The notes: generated from the sequence alone by a model not told the origin. Numbered from the stretch's first letter, positions 1 through 12,141 are shown. The stretch is DNA of 64,000 bases from Longimicrobiales bacterium (GCA_965202805.1 OZ241869.1:3776001-3840000); one strand, 5' to 3'. Program-made: numbers and translations.

Positions 1-1
1 C

Positions 2-820
2 AAGACCCGCGACATCACCGGCGGCCTGCCCCGCGTCGCCGAGCTGTTCGAAGCGCGCCGTCCCAAGGATCCCGCGGTCATCACGGAAATCGACGGGCGG
101 GTGAGCTTCGGAGACGTCAAGCGCGGAAAACGCAAGGTCGAGGTGACTCCCGCGGACGGAGACCCGCGGGTATACGACGTTCCGGTCGGCAAGCATCTGC
201 GCGCACACGAAGGCGACGAGGTGCACGCCGGAGACCGCATCTCGGAGGGCCCCATCAACCCGCACGACATCCTGCGCGTGAAGGGGCCCCGCGCCGTCCA
301 GGAGTATCTCCTGAACGAAATCCAGGAGGTCTACCGGCTGCAGGGCGTCAGGATCAACGACAAGCACATCGCCGTCATCGTGCGCCAGATGCTGAAAAAG
401 GTCCGCATCACGGATTCCGGCGACACCACCTTCCTTGAGGGCGAGAGCGTGGATCGGGCCGAGTTTCTCGCGGTCAACGAGAAGTTGCCGGAGGGAGCGA
501 GGACCGCGCGCTCGGAGCCTCTCCTGCTGGGGATCACGAAGGCCAGCCTCACGACCGAGTCGTTCATCTCCGCGGCCTCCTTCCAGGAGACGACGCGGGT
601 GCTGACGGACGCGGCGGTCAGGGGCGCCCGCGACCACCTCAAGGGGCTGAAGGAGAACATCATCATCGGCCACCTGATTCCGGCGGGCACCGGCATCCAC
701 CGGTACCAGCACGTCGAGTTCATGGTCGAACAGCAGTTCTACGACGAGGAGATCCTGCCCCTGGCGGAGCCCGAGGGCCTGTTGGCCGGATTCTCGGCAG
801 AGGAGACCGCGCTCGAATAG
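2..820 (+). CDS. rpoC: RNA polymerase beta' subunit, C-terminal part (5'-truncated by window)
   Basis: Frame from base 2 reads [19 protein letters not shown]...[24 protein letters not shown]...[17 protein letters not shown]. Confidence 0.99.
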   Translation, partial: KTRDITGGLPRVAELFEARRPKDPAVITEIDGRVSFGDVKRGKRKVEVTPADGDPRVYDVPVGKHLRAHEGDEVHAGDRISEGPINPHDILRVKGPRAVQEYLLNEIQEVYRLQGVRINDKHIAVIVRQMLKKVRITDSGDTTFLEGESVDRAEFLAVNEKLPEGARTARSEPLLLGITKASLTTESFISAASFQETTRVLTDAAVRGARDHLKGLKENIIIGHLIPAGTGIHRYQHVEFMVEQQFYDEEILPLAEPEGLLAGFSAEETALE

Positions 821-842
821 GTCGTCCGGGGCACCTCCGGCG

Positions 843-871
843 TTGACACGGATGGGAACGCTTCTTAGCTT
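843..871 (+). promoter_or_regulatory. sigma70-type promoter of the str operon
   Basis: TTGACA (843-848), 17 bp spacer, TAGCTT (866-871) in the rpoC-rpsL gap. Confidence 0.75.
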
Positions 872-994
872 CGAAAGCTGCACAGGATATGCCTCGTCAC
901 TTGCCGGGAGTCCTCTCGCAGGTGGCGGGACGAGCCGTACAGCGGGAAGCAAGCGCTCGCCGTGACGCAAGGGGCTGACTGCCGGAACATTCGT

Positions 995-1366
995 ATGCCG
1001 ACCATCAACCAGCTGGTGCGCAAGGGCCGCCGGTCTGTTCGCAAGAAGAACAAGGCGCCGGCCCTCCAGAAGAACCCCCAGAAACGGGGCGTTTGCACTC
1101 GTGTGTACACCACGACCCCCAAGAAGCCCAATTCGGCGCTGCGCAAGGTGGCGCGCGTCAGGCTGACCAGCGGATACGAGGTGACTTCCTACATCGGTGG
1201 CGAAGGGCACAACCTCCAGGAGCACTCCATCGTGCTCATTCGGGGAGGCCGGGTGAGGGACCTGCCCGGTGTTCGCTATCACGTCGTGCGTGGGACGCTG
1301 GACACTTCGGGGGTGGACGACCGTCGCCGGGGTCGGTCGAAGTACGGAACCAAGGAACCCAAGTAG
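995..1366 (+). CDS. rpsL: 30S ribosomal protein S12
   Basis: MPTINQLVR...[13 protein letters not shown]...[13 protein letters not shown]; start moved to ATG 995. Confidence 0.99.
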   Translation: MPTINQLVRKGRRSVRKKNKAPALQKNPQKRGVCTRVYTTTPKKPNSALRKVARVRLTSGYEVTSYIGGEGHNLQEHSIVLIRGGRVRDLPGVRYHVVRGTLDTSGVDDRRRGRSKYGTKEPK

Positions 1367-1452
1367 CGACCGATTCAACGATGCACTGTCCCACTCCGGG
1401 CCGGGCAGTCGCCCTCTCGGCCCCCAGTTCGCGGGAGCGATAGGATCGATTC

Positions 1453-1923
1453 ATGAGCCGCCGCACGCGCGCCGAGAAGAGAGAGACCGCGGGGGATCCG
1501 CGCTACGAGTCGGTTGTGGCCCAGAAGTTCATCAACGGCCTGATGCTGGACGGCAAGAAGTCCACCGCGGAGAGCATTTTCTATAGCGCCCTCACCGTAG
1601 TGGAGGAGCGCTCGGGACAACCCGGCCTGGGGGTGTTCAACCAGGCCCTCAACAACGCCAAGCCCGCCGTCGAGGTGAAGAGCAGGCGGGTCGGAGGCGC
1701 CACCTACCAGGTGCCGATCGAAGTCCGCCCGGAGCGACGCCAGGCGCTGGCGATAAAGTGGATGATCGACTTTGCCCGCAAGCGGGGAGAGCGGTCGATG
1801 GCGGGTCGTCTCGCGGCCGAGATTCTGGCCGCGAGCCGCAACGAGGGAAGCACGATAAAGAAGAAGGAAGACACGCACCGGATGGCAGAAGCCAACAAGG
1901 CGTTCGCCCACTATCGCTGGTAG
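1453..1923 (+). CDS. rpsG: 30S ribosomal protein S7
   Basis: DGKKSTAE...[12 protein letters not shown]...[15 protein letters not shown]. Confidence 0.99.
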   Translation: MSRRTRAEKRETAGDPRYESVVAQKFINGLMLDGKKSTAESIFYSALTVVEERSGQPGLGVFNQALNNAKPAVEVKSRRVGGATYQVPIEVRPERRQALAIKWMIDFARKRGERSMAGRLAAEILAASRNEGSTIKKKEDTHRMAEANKAFAHYRW

Positions 1924-1941
1924 CCGTTTCCCAACTGCGGC

Positions 1942-2077
1942 GCGCAGGCTGGCGCCGGGGTAGCGGGGGTTCCGGAAGGTCCGACCCTCGCGACACGAGG
2001 CAGGCGGCTACCAACCGGCAGGCGGGTTGGCCCGGCCGAATCTGCACTCATGGCCTCGGAGTTCCTGCGCTTTTTTT
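1942..2077 (+). other. Putative structured RNA or attenuator-like element between rpsG and fusA
   Basis: GCGCAGG(1942-48) pairs with CCTGCGC(2064-70), followed by T7; internal helices GCCGG-GGTAGC/GCTACC-AA-CCGGC and GCGGGTT/AATCTGC; folded by eye. Confidence 0.4.
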
Positions 2078-2120
2078 GCGTACCGACGACAGAAACACAG
2101 GATTTGAAGGAATACATCGG

Positions 2121-4222
<2,102 letters not shown>

Positions 4223-4226
<4 letters not shown>

Positions 4227-4531
4227 GTGGCCGGATTCGCATCAAGCTGAAAGCCTTCGATCACTGGATCGTCGACCAGACCGCTTCCGACATCGTCCGC
4301 ACGGCGGAGAAGACCGGCGCCAGCGTTTGCGGTCCGGTTCCGTTGCCGACGCGGCGCGAACGCTGGACCGTGCTGCGCTCGCCGCACATCGACAAGAAAA
4401 GCCGGGAACAGTTCGAGTTGCGTACGCACAAGCGGCTCATCGACATCGTCGATTCCCGGCCCGCCACCATCGACGCCCTTACCAAGCTGGATCTGCCGGC
4501 GGGCGTCGATGTCGAGATCAAGGTCGACTAA
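4223..4531 (+). CDS. rpsJ: 30S ribosomal protein S10
   Basis: [10 protein letters not shown]...GPVPLPT...[18 protein letters not shown] overlap with fusA. Confidence 0.99.
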
Positions 4532-4561
4532 GCAGCCCATGGACAACTGCCAGGAGGCGGC

Positions 4562-5179
4562 ATGGCGGGACTGATCGGACGGAAGGTGGGGATGACCCGC
4601 ATCTTCAGCGACGAGGGTCAGGTGGTGCCGGTTACCGTGGTTCGCGCCGGGCCGTGCCCGGTGGTGTGCGTGAAGTCCGAGGAGACCGACGGATATCGCG
4701 CGGTCCAGGTCGGCTTCGAGGCGCGCAAGGCCAGGCACGCGACCAGGGCCGAAATCGGTCATGCCCAAAAGGCCGGACTCGAGGCGGCGCCCCGCGTTCT
4801 GCGGGAGTTTCCGGTTGCCGGCGATGAAGCGTTCGAGGCCGGCGACGAGTTGACCGTGGGGCTCTTCGCCGCCAACCAGTCCGTCAAGGTCACCGGCAAC
4901 ACCAAGGGCCGGGGATTCCAGGGCGTCGTGAAGCGGCACGGCTTCACGGGACGACCCGCCACGCACGGCCACCCGATGTCGCGCACCCCCGGGTCGATGG
5001 GAGCCGGCACCGACCCCTCGAGGGTCATCAAGGGCAAGAAGCTCCCCGGCCGCATGGGCAACAACCGCAAGACGCTGAGCAATGTGAAGGTCGTTCGGGT
5101 CGACGCCGAGAGGAACCTGCTCTTCCTCAGGGGCGCCGTTCCCGGACCGCGCAGCGGCTACGTCTTCATCAGCCACTAG
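4562..5179 (+). CDS. rplC: 50S ribosomal protein L3
   Basis: GRKVGMTRIF...KGRGFQGVVKRHGF...KGKKLPGRMG. Confidence 0.99.
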   Translation: MAGLIGRKVGMTRIFSDEGQVVPVTVVRAGPCPVVCVKSEETDGYRAVQVGFEARKARHATRAEIGHAQKAGLEAAPRVLREFPVAGDEAFEAGDELTVGLFAANQSVKVTGNTKGRGFQGVVKRHGFTGRPATHGHPMSRTPGSMGAGTDPSRVIKGKKLPGRMGNNRKTLSNVKVVRVDAERNLLFLRGAVPGPRSGYVFISH

Positions 5180-5183
5180 AGCC

Positions 5184-5843
5184 ATGCATACGGCGCACTA
5201 CTACCAGTCTGACGGCAGCCCGGACGGAGACCGGACGCTTCCGGCGGTCCCCTTCGACGGAGTCGTGAACGAGGGCGTGCTGCACCAGGTGGTGCGGGCA
5301 CATCTCGCCAATCAGCGCCGGGGGACGGGGGCCGCCAGGAACCGCTCGGCCGTCTCGGGTGGAAGCCGCAAGCCGTGGAGGCAGAAGGGTACCGGCCGGG
5401 CACGCCAGGGCACGATCCGGGCCGCGCAGTGGACCGGAGGCGGGATGGCCTTCCCTCCTCAGCCCCACTCGTGGCGCACGTCCGTGCCTCGCAAGGTGCG
5501 CGCGCTGGCCCGGCGATCGGCCCTCAACGCGCGCGCCGAGGATGGTCGCGTTCTGCTGATCGGGTCCCTCGACTACGAAGTCCCGCGCACCGCGCGCCTG
5601 GCTGCCTGCCTCGCCGCCATCGAAGCGCCGGGCAAGGTGCTGCTGCTGACCGACGGCAACAAGCGCAACGTGTATCTCTCGGCCCGCAACCTCCGGGAGG
5701 TCATGGTGCGCCCGTTCGGCGAGGAGTCGGCCTACGACGTGCTGTGGGCGGCGACCGTCGTGATCGAGGCCGATGCGCTCGGGACCGGGTCAGCGGCCGC
5801 AGAGCCCGTGGACTCCCCGGACACGGAGGACGGCGATGCGTGA
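5184..5843 (+). CDS. rplD: 50S ribosomal protein L4
   Basis: RKPWRQKGTGRARQGTIR. Confidence 0.99.
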   Translation: MHTAHYYQSDGSPDGDRTLPAVPFDGVVNEGVLHQVVRAHLANQRRGTGAARNRSAVSGGSRKPWRQKGTGRARQGTIRAAQWTGGGMAFPPQPHSWRTSVPRKVRALARRSALNARAEDGRVLLIGSLDYEVPRTARLAACLAAIEAPGKVLLLTDGNKRNVYLSARNLREVMVRPFGEESAYDVLWAATVVIEADALGTGSAAAEPVDSPDTEDGDA

Positions 5844-6147
5844 GCCGTGGGATGTGATCGTGCGGCCGGTGGTCACCGAGAAGACGACCGCCCAGATGGA
5901 GGCCGAGAACGTCTACTCGTTCATCGTCAACCGGAAGGCCAACAAGATCGACATCGCGCGCGCGGTGGAGGCGCTCTGGGACGTCCAGGTCGACGATGTC
6001 CGTACCATGAGGTACGCGGGCAAGATGCGCCGCTCGTTCATGGGACAGATGAGCCGCAACTGGAGCCTCGGCCGCCAGCCGTCGTTCAAGAAAGCGGTCG
6101 TCAAGCTTGCCGAAGGCGACCACATCGAACTCTACGAGATGGGCTGA
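5836..6147 (+). CDS. rplW: 50S ribosomal protein L23
   Basis: RPVVTEKT...[11 protein letters not shown]...[11 protein letters not shown] 5836 with GGAGG upstream. Confidence 0.98.
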   Translation: MREPWDVIVRPVVTEKTTAQMEAENVYSFIVNRKANKIDIARAVEALWDVQVDDVRTMRYAGKMRRSFMGQMSRNWSLGRQPSFKKAVVKLAEGDHIELYEMG

Positions 6148-6157
6148 GGAACCGGCC

Positions 6158-7000
6158 ATGGCGATCAAGAAGTTCAGACCCGTGACACCCGGCTTCCGTT
6201 TCCGGTCGATCGTGAAGGACACGGTGACCACGCGCAAGGGACCGGAGAAGTCGCTGACGGAGCCCCTGCACTCCAAGGGTGGACGGAACCACCACGGCCG
6301 CATCACCGTGCGGCGCAGGGGCGGTGGCCACAAGCGCCGGTATCGGCGCATCGATTTCAGGCGCAACAAGACCGGCGTGGCGGGCCGCGTCGCCGAGATC
6401 GAATACGATCCCAACCGCTCCGCGAACATCGCCCTCATCCACTACGCGGATGGCGAGAAGCGCTACATCCTGCATGTGCGCGGCCTGGCGGTCGGCGATG
6501 AAGTGGTTGCGGGCGGAGACGCCGACATCAAGCCGGGCAACGCCCTGCCGATCGGCCGCATTCCGCTGGGAACGATCGTCCACAACGTGGAGCTGAAGCC
6601 CGGGAAGGGCGGCCAGATGGCCCGTTCGGCCGGCGCGGGTGTGCAGATCATGGCCAAGGAAGGAGACTATGTGACGCTGCGCCTCCCCTCGACGGAAGTC
6701 CGGCGGGTGCGCATGGAGTGCATGGCCACCGTCGGTCAGGTCGGCAACACCGACCACGAACTGAAGTCGCTGGGCAAGGCCGGGGCGAACCGGTGGCGCG
6801 GGCGCCGTCCCAAGGTGCGGGGCGTCGCCATGAACCCGGTGGACCACCCCCTGGGCGGAGGTGAAGGCAAGGCCTCGGGCGGCCGGCCCCCGGTCACCCC
6901 CTGGGGCAAGCCGGAAGGGAAGAAGACGCGCAATCCCAGAAAGGAATCCAACCGGCTGATCGTCCGGGGGCGCAAACGCGGCAAGGCCACCCGGTCCTAG
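6158..7000 (+). CDS. rplB: 50S ribosomal protein L2
   Basis: GGGHKRRYR...[13 protein letters not shown]...[18 protein letters not shown] 6158. Confidence 0.99.
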   Translation: MAIKKFRPVTPGFRFRSIVKDTVTTRKGPEKSLTEPLHSKGGRNHHGRITVRRRGGGHKRRYRRIDFRRNKTGVAGRVAEIEYDPNRSANIALIHYADGEKRYILHVRGLAVGDEVVAGGDADIKPGNALPIGRIPLGTIVHNVELKPGKGGQMARSAGAGVQIMAKEGDYVTLRLPSTEVRRVRMECMATVGQVGNTDHELKSLGKAGANRWRGRRPKVRGVAMNPVDHPLGGGEGKASGGRPPVTPWGKPEGKKTRNPRKESNRLIVRGRKRGKATRS

Positions 7001-7039
7001 ACGATTGCGCGACGAGAGGAAGCGAACCAGGAAACCGCC

Positions 7040-7327
7040 ATGCCACGCAGCGTAAAAAAGGGTCCCTACATCGACGAGAAGCTCCTGCGCAAGGTGGAGC
7101 TCATGAACGCGCGCGCCGAGAAGAGGGTCATCAAGACCTGGGCACGCGCATCGACCATCTCGCCGGACTTCGTGGGCCATACGGTCGCGGTGCACAACGG
7201 CAACAAGTTCATCCCGGTCTACATCACGGAAAACATGGTGGGCCACAAGCTCGGCGAATTCGCTCCCACGCGGCTCTTCCGCGGCCACGGGGGCAAGCTC
7301 GCCGACCGGCGCTCCAAGGCTCGATAG
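7040..7327 (+). CDS. rpsS: 30S ribosomal protein S19
   Basis: [10 protein letters not shown]...HNGNKF...[13 protein letters not shown]. Confidence 0.99.
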   Translation: MPRSVKKGPYIDEKLLRKVELMNARAEKRVIKTWARASTISPDFVGHTVAVHNGNKFIPVYITENMVGHKLGEFAPTRLFRGHGGKLADRRSKAR

Positions 7328-7361
7328 AGGCCGATCAGGTCACCCCTGCGCGAAACTTCAG

Positions 7362-7712
7362 ATGCAAGCCAAGGCGATCGCGAAGTACATCGGAATGAGT
7401 CCCCGCAAGGTGAGGCTGGTCGTGGATCAGATCCGGGGCCTTCCGGTCAACCAGGCCTACGCGATCCTTCGATTCTCGAAGAAGGCCGCGTCGGTACCGG
7501 TCGGAAAGACGCTCCGTTCCGCGGTCGCGAACGCCGAGTACAGGGCGGAGGAGGACGGAGAGGTGCTCGATGTGGACGAACTCGTGATCACGCGGGCATT
7601 TGTCGATGGCGGCCGGACCATGAAGCGCTGGCGGGCGGCGGCCATGGGGAGGGCGGCCCCGATCCGGAGGCGTTCGAGTCACATCACGATCGTCGTGGAA
7701 AGCGAGGAATAG
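7362..7712 (+). CDS. rplV: 50S ribosomal protein L22
   Basis: [14 protein letters not shown]...SAVANAE...SSHITIVV. Confidence 0.98.
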   Translation: MQAKAIAKYIGMSPRKVRLVVDQIRGLPVNQAYAILRFSKKAASVPVGKTLRSAVANAEYRAEEDGEVLDVDELVITRAFVDGGRTMKRWRAAAMGRAAPIRRRSSHITIVVESEE

Positions 7713-7717
7713 GGCCG

Positions 7718-8377
7718 ATGGGACAGAAGACACACCCCCACGGGTTCCGGCTCGGGATCGTCAAGGACTGGCAGTCCCGGTGGTATGCGGAGAAGGAGTT
7801 CCCGCAGCTGCTTCAGGAAGACGAGACCATCAGGCGGTATCTCGACCGCCGCCTGGCGCACGCGGCCATCTCCCGGGTCGAGATCGACCGCAAGCCCTCC
7901 AAGATCGTCATGACCGTGCATACGGCCCGACCGGGCGTCGTGATCGGAAAGCGGGGTGCGGAGGTGGACAAGCTGCGCGACGAGCTGGGCGTGCTGACCA
8001 AGTCCGAGGTCTCCGTGAACGTCGAGGAGATCAAGCAGCCGGAGCTGGACGCGCGGCTGGTGGCGGAGAACGTCAAGCACCAGTTGCGCCAGCGGATTTC
8101 GTTCCGGCGGGCCATGAAGCGCGCCGTTCAATCCGCGCGCCGCGCAGGAGCCGAGGGGATCAAGATCCAGTGTGGCGGCCGTCTGGGCGGCGCGGAAATC
8201 GCCCGCACCGAAGCGTATCACGAGGGTCGCGTACCCCTGCACACCCTGCGCGCGAACATCGACTACGCGAGCGTGAGGGCGGACACCACCTACGGTACCG
8301 TCGGGGTGAAGTGCTGGATCTTCAAGGGCGAAGTGGTGGACGACCGGCGCGGTCGGACCTACTCGACGGGATCCTGA
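7718..8377 (+). CDS. rpsC: 30S ribosomal protein S3
   Basis: [13 protein letters not shown]...[10 protein letters not shown]...[14 protein letters not shown]. Confidence 0.99.
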   Translation: MGQKTHPHGFRLGIVKDWQSRWYAEKEFPQLLQEDETIRRYLDRRLAHAAISRVEIDRKPSKIVMTVHTARPGVVIGKRGAEVDKLRDELGVLTKSEVSVNVEEIKQPELDARLVAENVKHQLRQRISFRRAMKRAVQSARRAGAEGIKIQCGGRLGGAEIARTEAYHEGRVPLHTLRANIDYASVRADTTYGTVGVKCWIFKGEVVDDRRGRTYSTGS

Positions 8378-8436
8378 GGGTGCACGCGAACGGAACCCGG
8401 CCCGCCCGGCGGCGGGCCTCGCAAGGACGATAGCAG

Positions 8437-8859
8437 ATGCTGGCACCAAAGCGGGTCAAGTACCGCAAGAAGCACAAGGGCAAGATGCGCGGGATCTCCC
8501 GTCGCGGAAACCGGGTGAGCTTCGGCGACTACGGACTGCAGGCGGTGGAGTCCGCGTGGATCAGCAATCGCCAGATCGAGTCGGCGCGCGTGGCCATGAC
8601 CCGGCACATCAAGAGGGGCGGCAAGGTCTGGATCCGGATTTTCCCGGACAAGCCGGTTACCTCCAAACCCGCCGAGACCCGGATGGGCAAGGGGAAGGGC
8701 AACCCGGAAGGCTGGGTGGCGGTGGTCAAGCCGGGGCGGATGATGTTCGAGATGGAAGGCGTGGGGGAGGAGGTCGCCCGGCGTGCGATGCAGCTCGCGT
8801 CCGACAAGCTGCCCATCAAGACCCGTTTCGTCGCGCGCGAACGGCAGTTGGGAACCTGA
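8437..8859 (+). CDS. rplP: 50S ribosomal protein L16
   Basis: [12 protein letters not shown]...ETRMGKGKG. Confidence 0.99.
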   Translation: MLAPKRVKYRKKHKGKMRGISRRGNRVSFGDYGLQAVESAWISNRQIESARVAMTRHIKRGGKVWIRIFPDKPVTSKPAETRMGKGKGNPEGWVAVVKPGRMMFEMEGVGEEVARRAMQLASDKLPIKTRFVARERQLGT

Positions 8860-8871
8860 GGGGAACCGGGC

Positions 8872-9096
8872 ATGGACATCGAAGACATTCGCGATATGAC
8901 CGACCCGCAGCTCCGGGAGCGGTTGGACGAGTTGAGAGAGGAGCGGTTCCGCCTCAAGTTCCGGGCCGCGACCATGGAACTCGAAAACCCCAGACTGCTT
9001 TCGCAGCTGCGCAGGGATATTGCCCGGGTCCGCACCGTACAGCGCGAACGCGAACTCGCGGGAGTTCCGGCCATGACCGAGGAGAATGCCCCATGA
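8872..9096 (+). CDS. rpmC: 50S ribosomal protein L29
   Basis: [19 protein letters not shown]; position between rplP and rpsQ. Confidence 0.97.
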   Translation: MDIEDIRDMTDPQLRERLDELREERFRLKFRAATMELENPRLLSQLRRDIARVRTVQRERELAGVPAMTEENAP

Positions 9097-9377
9097 CCGC
9101 GACAGCGGATGCCGCGAGCGCAGCGCGCAACCGGCGAAAGACGCGAACGGGGGTGGTGGTGTCGGACGTTGCGGACAAGACGGTTACCGTGCTCGTCGCG
9201 CGCCAGTTCGCCCATCCCCTCTACGGGAAGCAGGTGAAGCGCACCCGCAAGTATCACGCCCACGACGAAGACAACGAGTATCGCTTGGGCGACACCGTGC
9301 GCATCGTGGAAACGCGGCCCCTCTCCCGTACCAAGCGGTGGAGAGTCGCGGAACTGGTCGACCGGGCGGAAGGATAG
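9093..9377 (+). CDS. rpsQ: 30S ribosomal protein S17
   Basis: [14 protein letters not shown]...HPLYGK...KYHAHDE...[14 protein letters not shown] 9093 overlaps the rpmC stop. Confidence 0.98.
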   Translation: MTATADAASAARNRRKTRTGVVVSDVADKTVTVLVARQFAHPLYGKQVKRTRKYHAHDEDNEYRLGDTVRIVETRPLSRTKRWRVAELVDRAEG

Positions 9378-9384
9378 GCGGGCG

Positions 9385-9753
9385 ATGATCCAACAGGAAT
9401 CGATGGTCCGGATCACGGACAACACGGGCGCCAAGAAGGCCCTGTGCATCCGTGTTCTTGGCGGCTCGCGCCGCCGCTACGCCAGCGTGGGCGACCTGGT
9501 CGTGCTCACGGTAAAGGATGCCATTCCCAACGCCGGCGTGCGCAAGGGGGATATCGTGCGCGCGGTCGTGGTGCGAACCGCCAAGGAAGTGCGCAGGCGC
9601 GACGGCTCCTATATCCGCTTCGACGACAACGCCGCAGTGCTCATCGACACCAACGGCGAACCGAAGGGCACGCGAATCTTCGGACCGGTCGGGCGTGAAC
9701 TCAGGGAGAAGCGCTACATGAAGATCGTCTCGCTGGCGCCGGAGGTGCTCTGA
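9385..9753 (+). CDS. rplN: 50S ribosomal protein L14
   Basis: MIQQES...DNTGAK...IRFDDNAAV...GTRIFGPV. Confidence 0.99.
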   Translation: MIQQESMVRITDNTGAKKALCIRVLGGSRRRYASVGDLVVLTVKDAIPNAGVRKGDIVRAVVVRTAKEVRRRDGSYIRFDDNAAVLIDTNGEPKGTRIFGPVGRELREKRYMKIVSLAPEVL

Positions 9754-10103
9754 TGCTGAAGCAGACCGGGGGCGCGCGCAAACACCGGATTGCGAAGGGC
9801 GACCGCGTGCGCGTGATCCGCGGCAACCACCGGGACGAACAGGGGACCGTCCTTCGGGTGATTCGCGACCGGGATCAGGTGGTGATCGAGGGCGTCAACA
9901 TGCGCAAGCGTCACCAGCGGCCCACCGCGGCCAACCCGGAGGGAGGGATCATCACCTTCGAGGCCCCGATCCACATTTCCAACGTGATGTTGATCGATCC
10001 GGCCAGCGGAGAGGCCAGCCGCATTCGCATGCGCCTCGAGGAAGGGGGCGTGAAGGAACGCATCGCGGTGAGGACCGGCAACCCCATTCCGGTGCCGAGA
10101 TAA
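9753..10103 (+). CDS. rplX: 50S ribosomal protein L24
   Basis: [10 protein letters not shown]...EGVN...[10 protein letters not shown]. Confidence 0.98.
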   Translation: MLKQTGGARKHRIAKGDRVRVIRGNHRDEQGTVLRVIRDRDQVVIEGVNMRKRHQRPTAANPEGGIITFEAPIHISNVMLIDPASGEASRIRMRLEEGGVKERIAVRTGNPIPVPR

Positions 10104-10132
10104 CGGGTGACGACAAGGGACGGATTTGCAAG

Positions 10133-10720
10133 ATGACGGAGATGCAACCGCGGCTTCGCCGGCACTATCTGGAGAGGGTTCAGCCGAAGCTGAAGGAGGA
10201 GTTCGGCTTCACCAACGTCAATCAGATTCCACGTCCGGTGAAGGTCGTCCTCAACGTCGGCGTCGGCGAGGCGAGCAAGAATCAGAAGTTTCTTGACAGC
10301 GTGGTCGAGGAATTGTCGGTGATCTCCGGACAGAAGCCGGTCGTCACCCGCGCGCGGAAGTCCATCTCCAACTTCTCGTTGAGGACGGGCATGCCGGTCG
10401 GAGCCAGGGTCACGCTGCGACGGCGCCGCATGTACGAGTTTCTCGATCGACTGGTCAGCGCCACCATCCCGCGCATCCGCGACTTCCGCGGGCTGTCCAC
10501 GAAATCCTTCGACGGGCGCGGCAACTTCAGCCTCGGGGTTCGCGAGCAGATCATCTTCCCCGAGATCGACTACGACAGGATCGACCGCATCCACGGCATG
10601 GATATCACCGTGGTTACGAGCACCAGCAAGGACGACGAGGCGCTGGCGTTGCTGCGAGAGCTGGGATTTCCGTTTCGCGGCTCGCTTCCGGTCATCATCG
10701 GCCAGAATGGCGCCGCCTGA
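10133..10720 (+). CDS. rplE: 50S ribosomal protein L5
   Basis: [16 protein letters not shown]...PRIRDFRG...FDGRGN...IFPEIDYD. Confidence 0.99.
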   Translation: MTEMQPRLRRHYLERVQPKLKEEFGFTNVNQIPRPVKVVLNVGVGEASKNQKFLDSVVEELSVISGQKPVVTRARKSISNFSLRTGMPVGARVTLRRRRMYEFLDRLVSATIPRIRDFRGLSTKSFDGRGNFSLGVREQIIFPEIDYDRIDRIHGMDITVVTSTSKDDEALALLRELGFPFRGSLPVIIGQNGAA

Positions 10721-10762
10721 GGCGCCGGCAACCCAGGGAAGAACGGAGGGACGAGACTCGAC

Positions 10763-11158
10763 ATGATGACGGACCCGATTGCCGACATGCTGACCCGGCT
10801 GCGCAACGCCGGACAGGCGGGCCACCGCTGGGCGGACATGCCCGTCTCCCGGATGAAGATCGAGATTGCCCGGCTGCTCGGCGAGAACCACTTCGTCTTC
10901 GGCTACAAGGTGCTCGACGACGGAGCCCACGGGGTTCTGCGCGTCTACCTGAAGTATCGCGATGAGGGACGCCCGGTCATCCGGCATATCGAGCGCTTCT
11001 CGTCGCCCGGGAGGCGGAGGTACGTCGGCCGGGAGGACATCCCCAGAGTCAGGAACGGCCTGGGGATGGCGATTCTGTCGACATCCAGGGGTGTGCTCTC
11101 CGACCGCACGGCGCGCCAGGAAGGGGTAGGCGGCGAAGTGCTGGCGATCGTGTGGTAG
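10763..11158 (+). CDS. rpsH: 30S ribosomal protein S8
   Basis: MTDPIADMLTRLRN...SSPGRRRY...ILSTSRGV...GGEVL. Confidence 0.99.
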   Translation: MMTDPIADMLTRLRNAGQAGHRWADMPVSRMKIEIARLLGENHFVFGYKVLDDGAHGVLRVYLKYRDEGRPVIRHIERFSSPGRRRYVGREDIPRVRNGLGMAILSTSRGVLSDRTARQEGVGGEVLAIVW

Positions 11159-11188
11159 CCAGGATTCCATCAACCACGACGCAAACGT

Positions 11189-11728
11189 ATGTCGCGCATA
11201 GGTAAACTGCCGGTCGCCATTCCGGGCGGCGTGACCGTGGACTACCGGGAGCCCGTCCTGACGGTCAAGGGGCCCAGGGGCGAACTGACCCTCGACGTGC
11301 ATCCCGCCATGACCGTCCACGTGGACAAGAGTGAAGTCGTCGTGCGGAGGCCCTCGGACGGCCGCACGCACCGGTCGCTCCATGGTCTCACGCGCGCGCT
11401 CATCGCCAACATGGTGCACGGCGTGACGACCGGGTACAGCAAGACGCTGGAGATCGTGGGCGTGGGATACCGGGCACAGAAGAAGGGCAGGGAACTGGTC
11501 CTCAGCCTGGGATACTCCCATACCATCGACTACCCGGAGCCCGAAGGCATCACCCTCGAATGTCCCAGGCAGGACGTCGTGGTGGTGCATGGCATCGACA
11601 AGCAGAAGGTGGGACAGGTAGCGGCCGAAATCCGGTCGTTCCGGCCCCCGGAGCCGTACAAGGGCAAGGGCGTGCGCTACCAGGGCGAGCAGATCCGCCG
11701 CAAGGTCGGCAAGACCGCCGCATCGTAG
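11189..11728 (+). CDS. rplF: 50S ribosomal protein L6
   Basis: MSRIGKLP...GVGYRA...RPPEPYKGKGVRY. Confidence 0.99.
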   Translation: MSRIGKLPVAIPGGVTVDYREPVLTVKGPRGELTLDVHPAMTVHVDKSEVVVRRPSDGRTHRSLHGLTRALIANMVHGVTTGYSKTLEIVGVGYRAQKKGRELVLSLGYSHTIDYPEPEGITLECPRQDVVVVHGIDKQKVGQVAAEIRSFRPPEPYKGKGVRYQGEQIRRKVGKTAAS

Positions 11729-11751
11729 TCCGCCCGCAGAGCGAGGAAACC

Positions 11752-12141
11752 GTGACCGCAAAGAGTTCGAAGTTGAGAAGGAGCCGGCGCCTGCAGCGCA
11801 TCCGCCGGCATCGCAGGGTCCGCAAGCGCGTGAACGGGTCCGCCGAACGCCCGCGGCTCGTGGTGTTCCGGTCCCTGAAGCACATGGAGGGGCAGTTGGT
11901 GGACGACGACCTCGGACGCACCCTGATCGGGGTGTCCACCCGGTCCGCGGAGCTCCGCGAGCTCGAGACCGCGTCTCGCAACCCGGGAGTCGAGCGGGCC
12001 CGGGCGGCGGGCAGGATGCTGGCCGATCGAGCTCGCTCGGAAGGCATCGGCGCCGCGGTATTCGACCGTGGAGGCTACCAGTATCACGGCAGGGTCAGGG
12101 CCTTTGCCGAGGGCGCGCGCGAGGGAGGACTTAACTTCTGA
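11752..12141 (+). CDS. rplR: 50S ribosomal protein L18
   Basis: RPRLVVFRS...[13 protein letters not shown]...[11 protein letters not shown] 11752 with GAGGA upstream. Confidence 0.98.
   Translation: MTAKSSKLRRSRRLQRIRRHRRVRKRVNGSAERPRLVVFRSLKHMEGQLVDDDLGRTLIGVSTRSAELRELETASRNPGVERARAAGRMLADRARSEGIGAAVFDRGGYQYHGRVRAFAEGAREGGLNF

Noticed and set aside
1965..2006. CCGGAAGG loop resembling SRP (4.5S) RNA domain IV
   Set aside because: Lacks the flanking CAGG and AGCAG internal-loop motif of SRP RNA; kept only as an unnamed structured element
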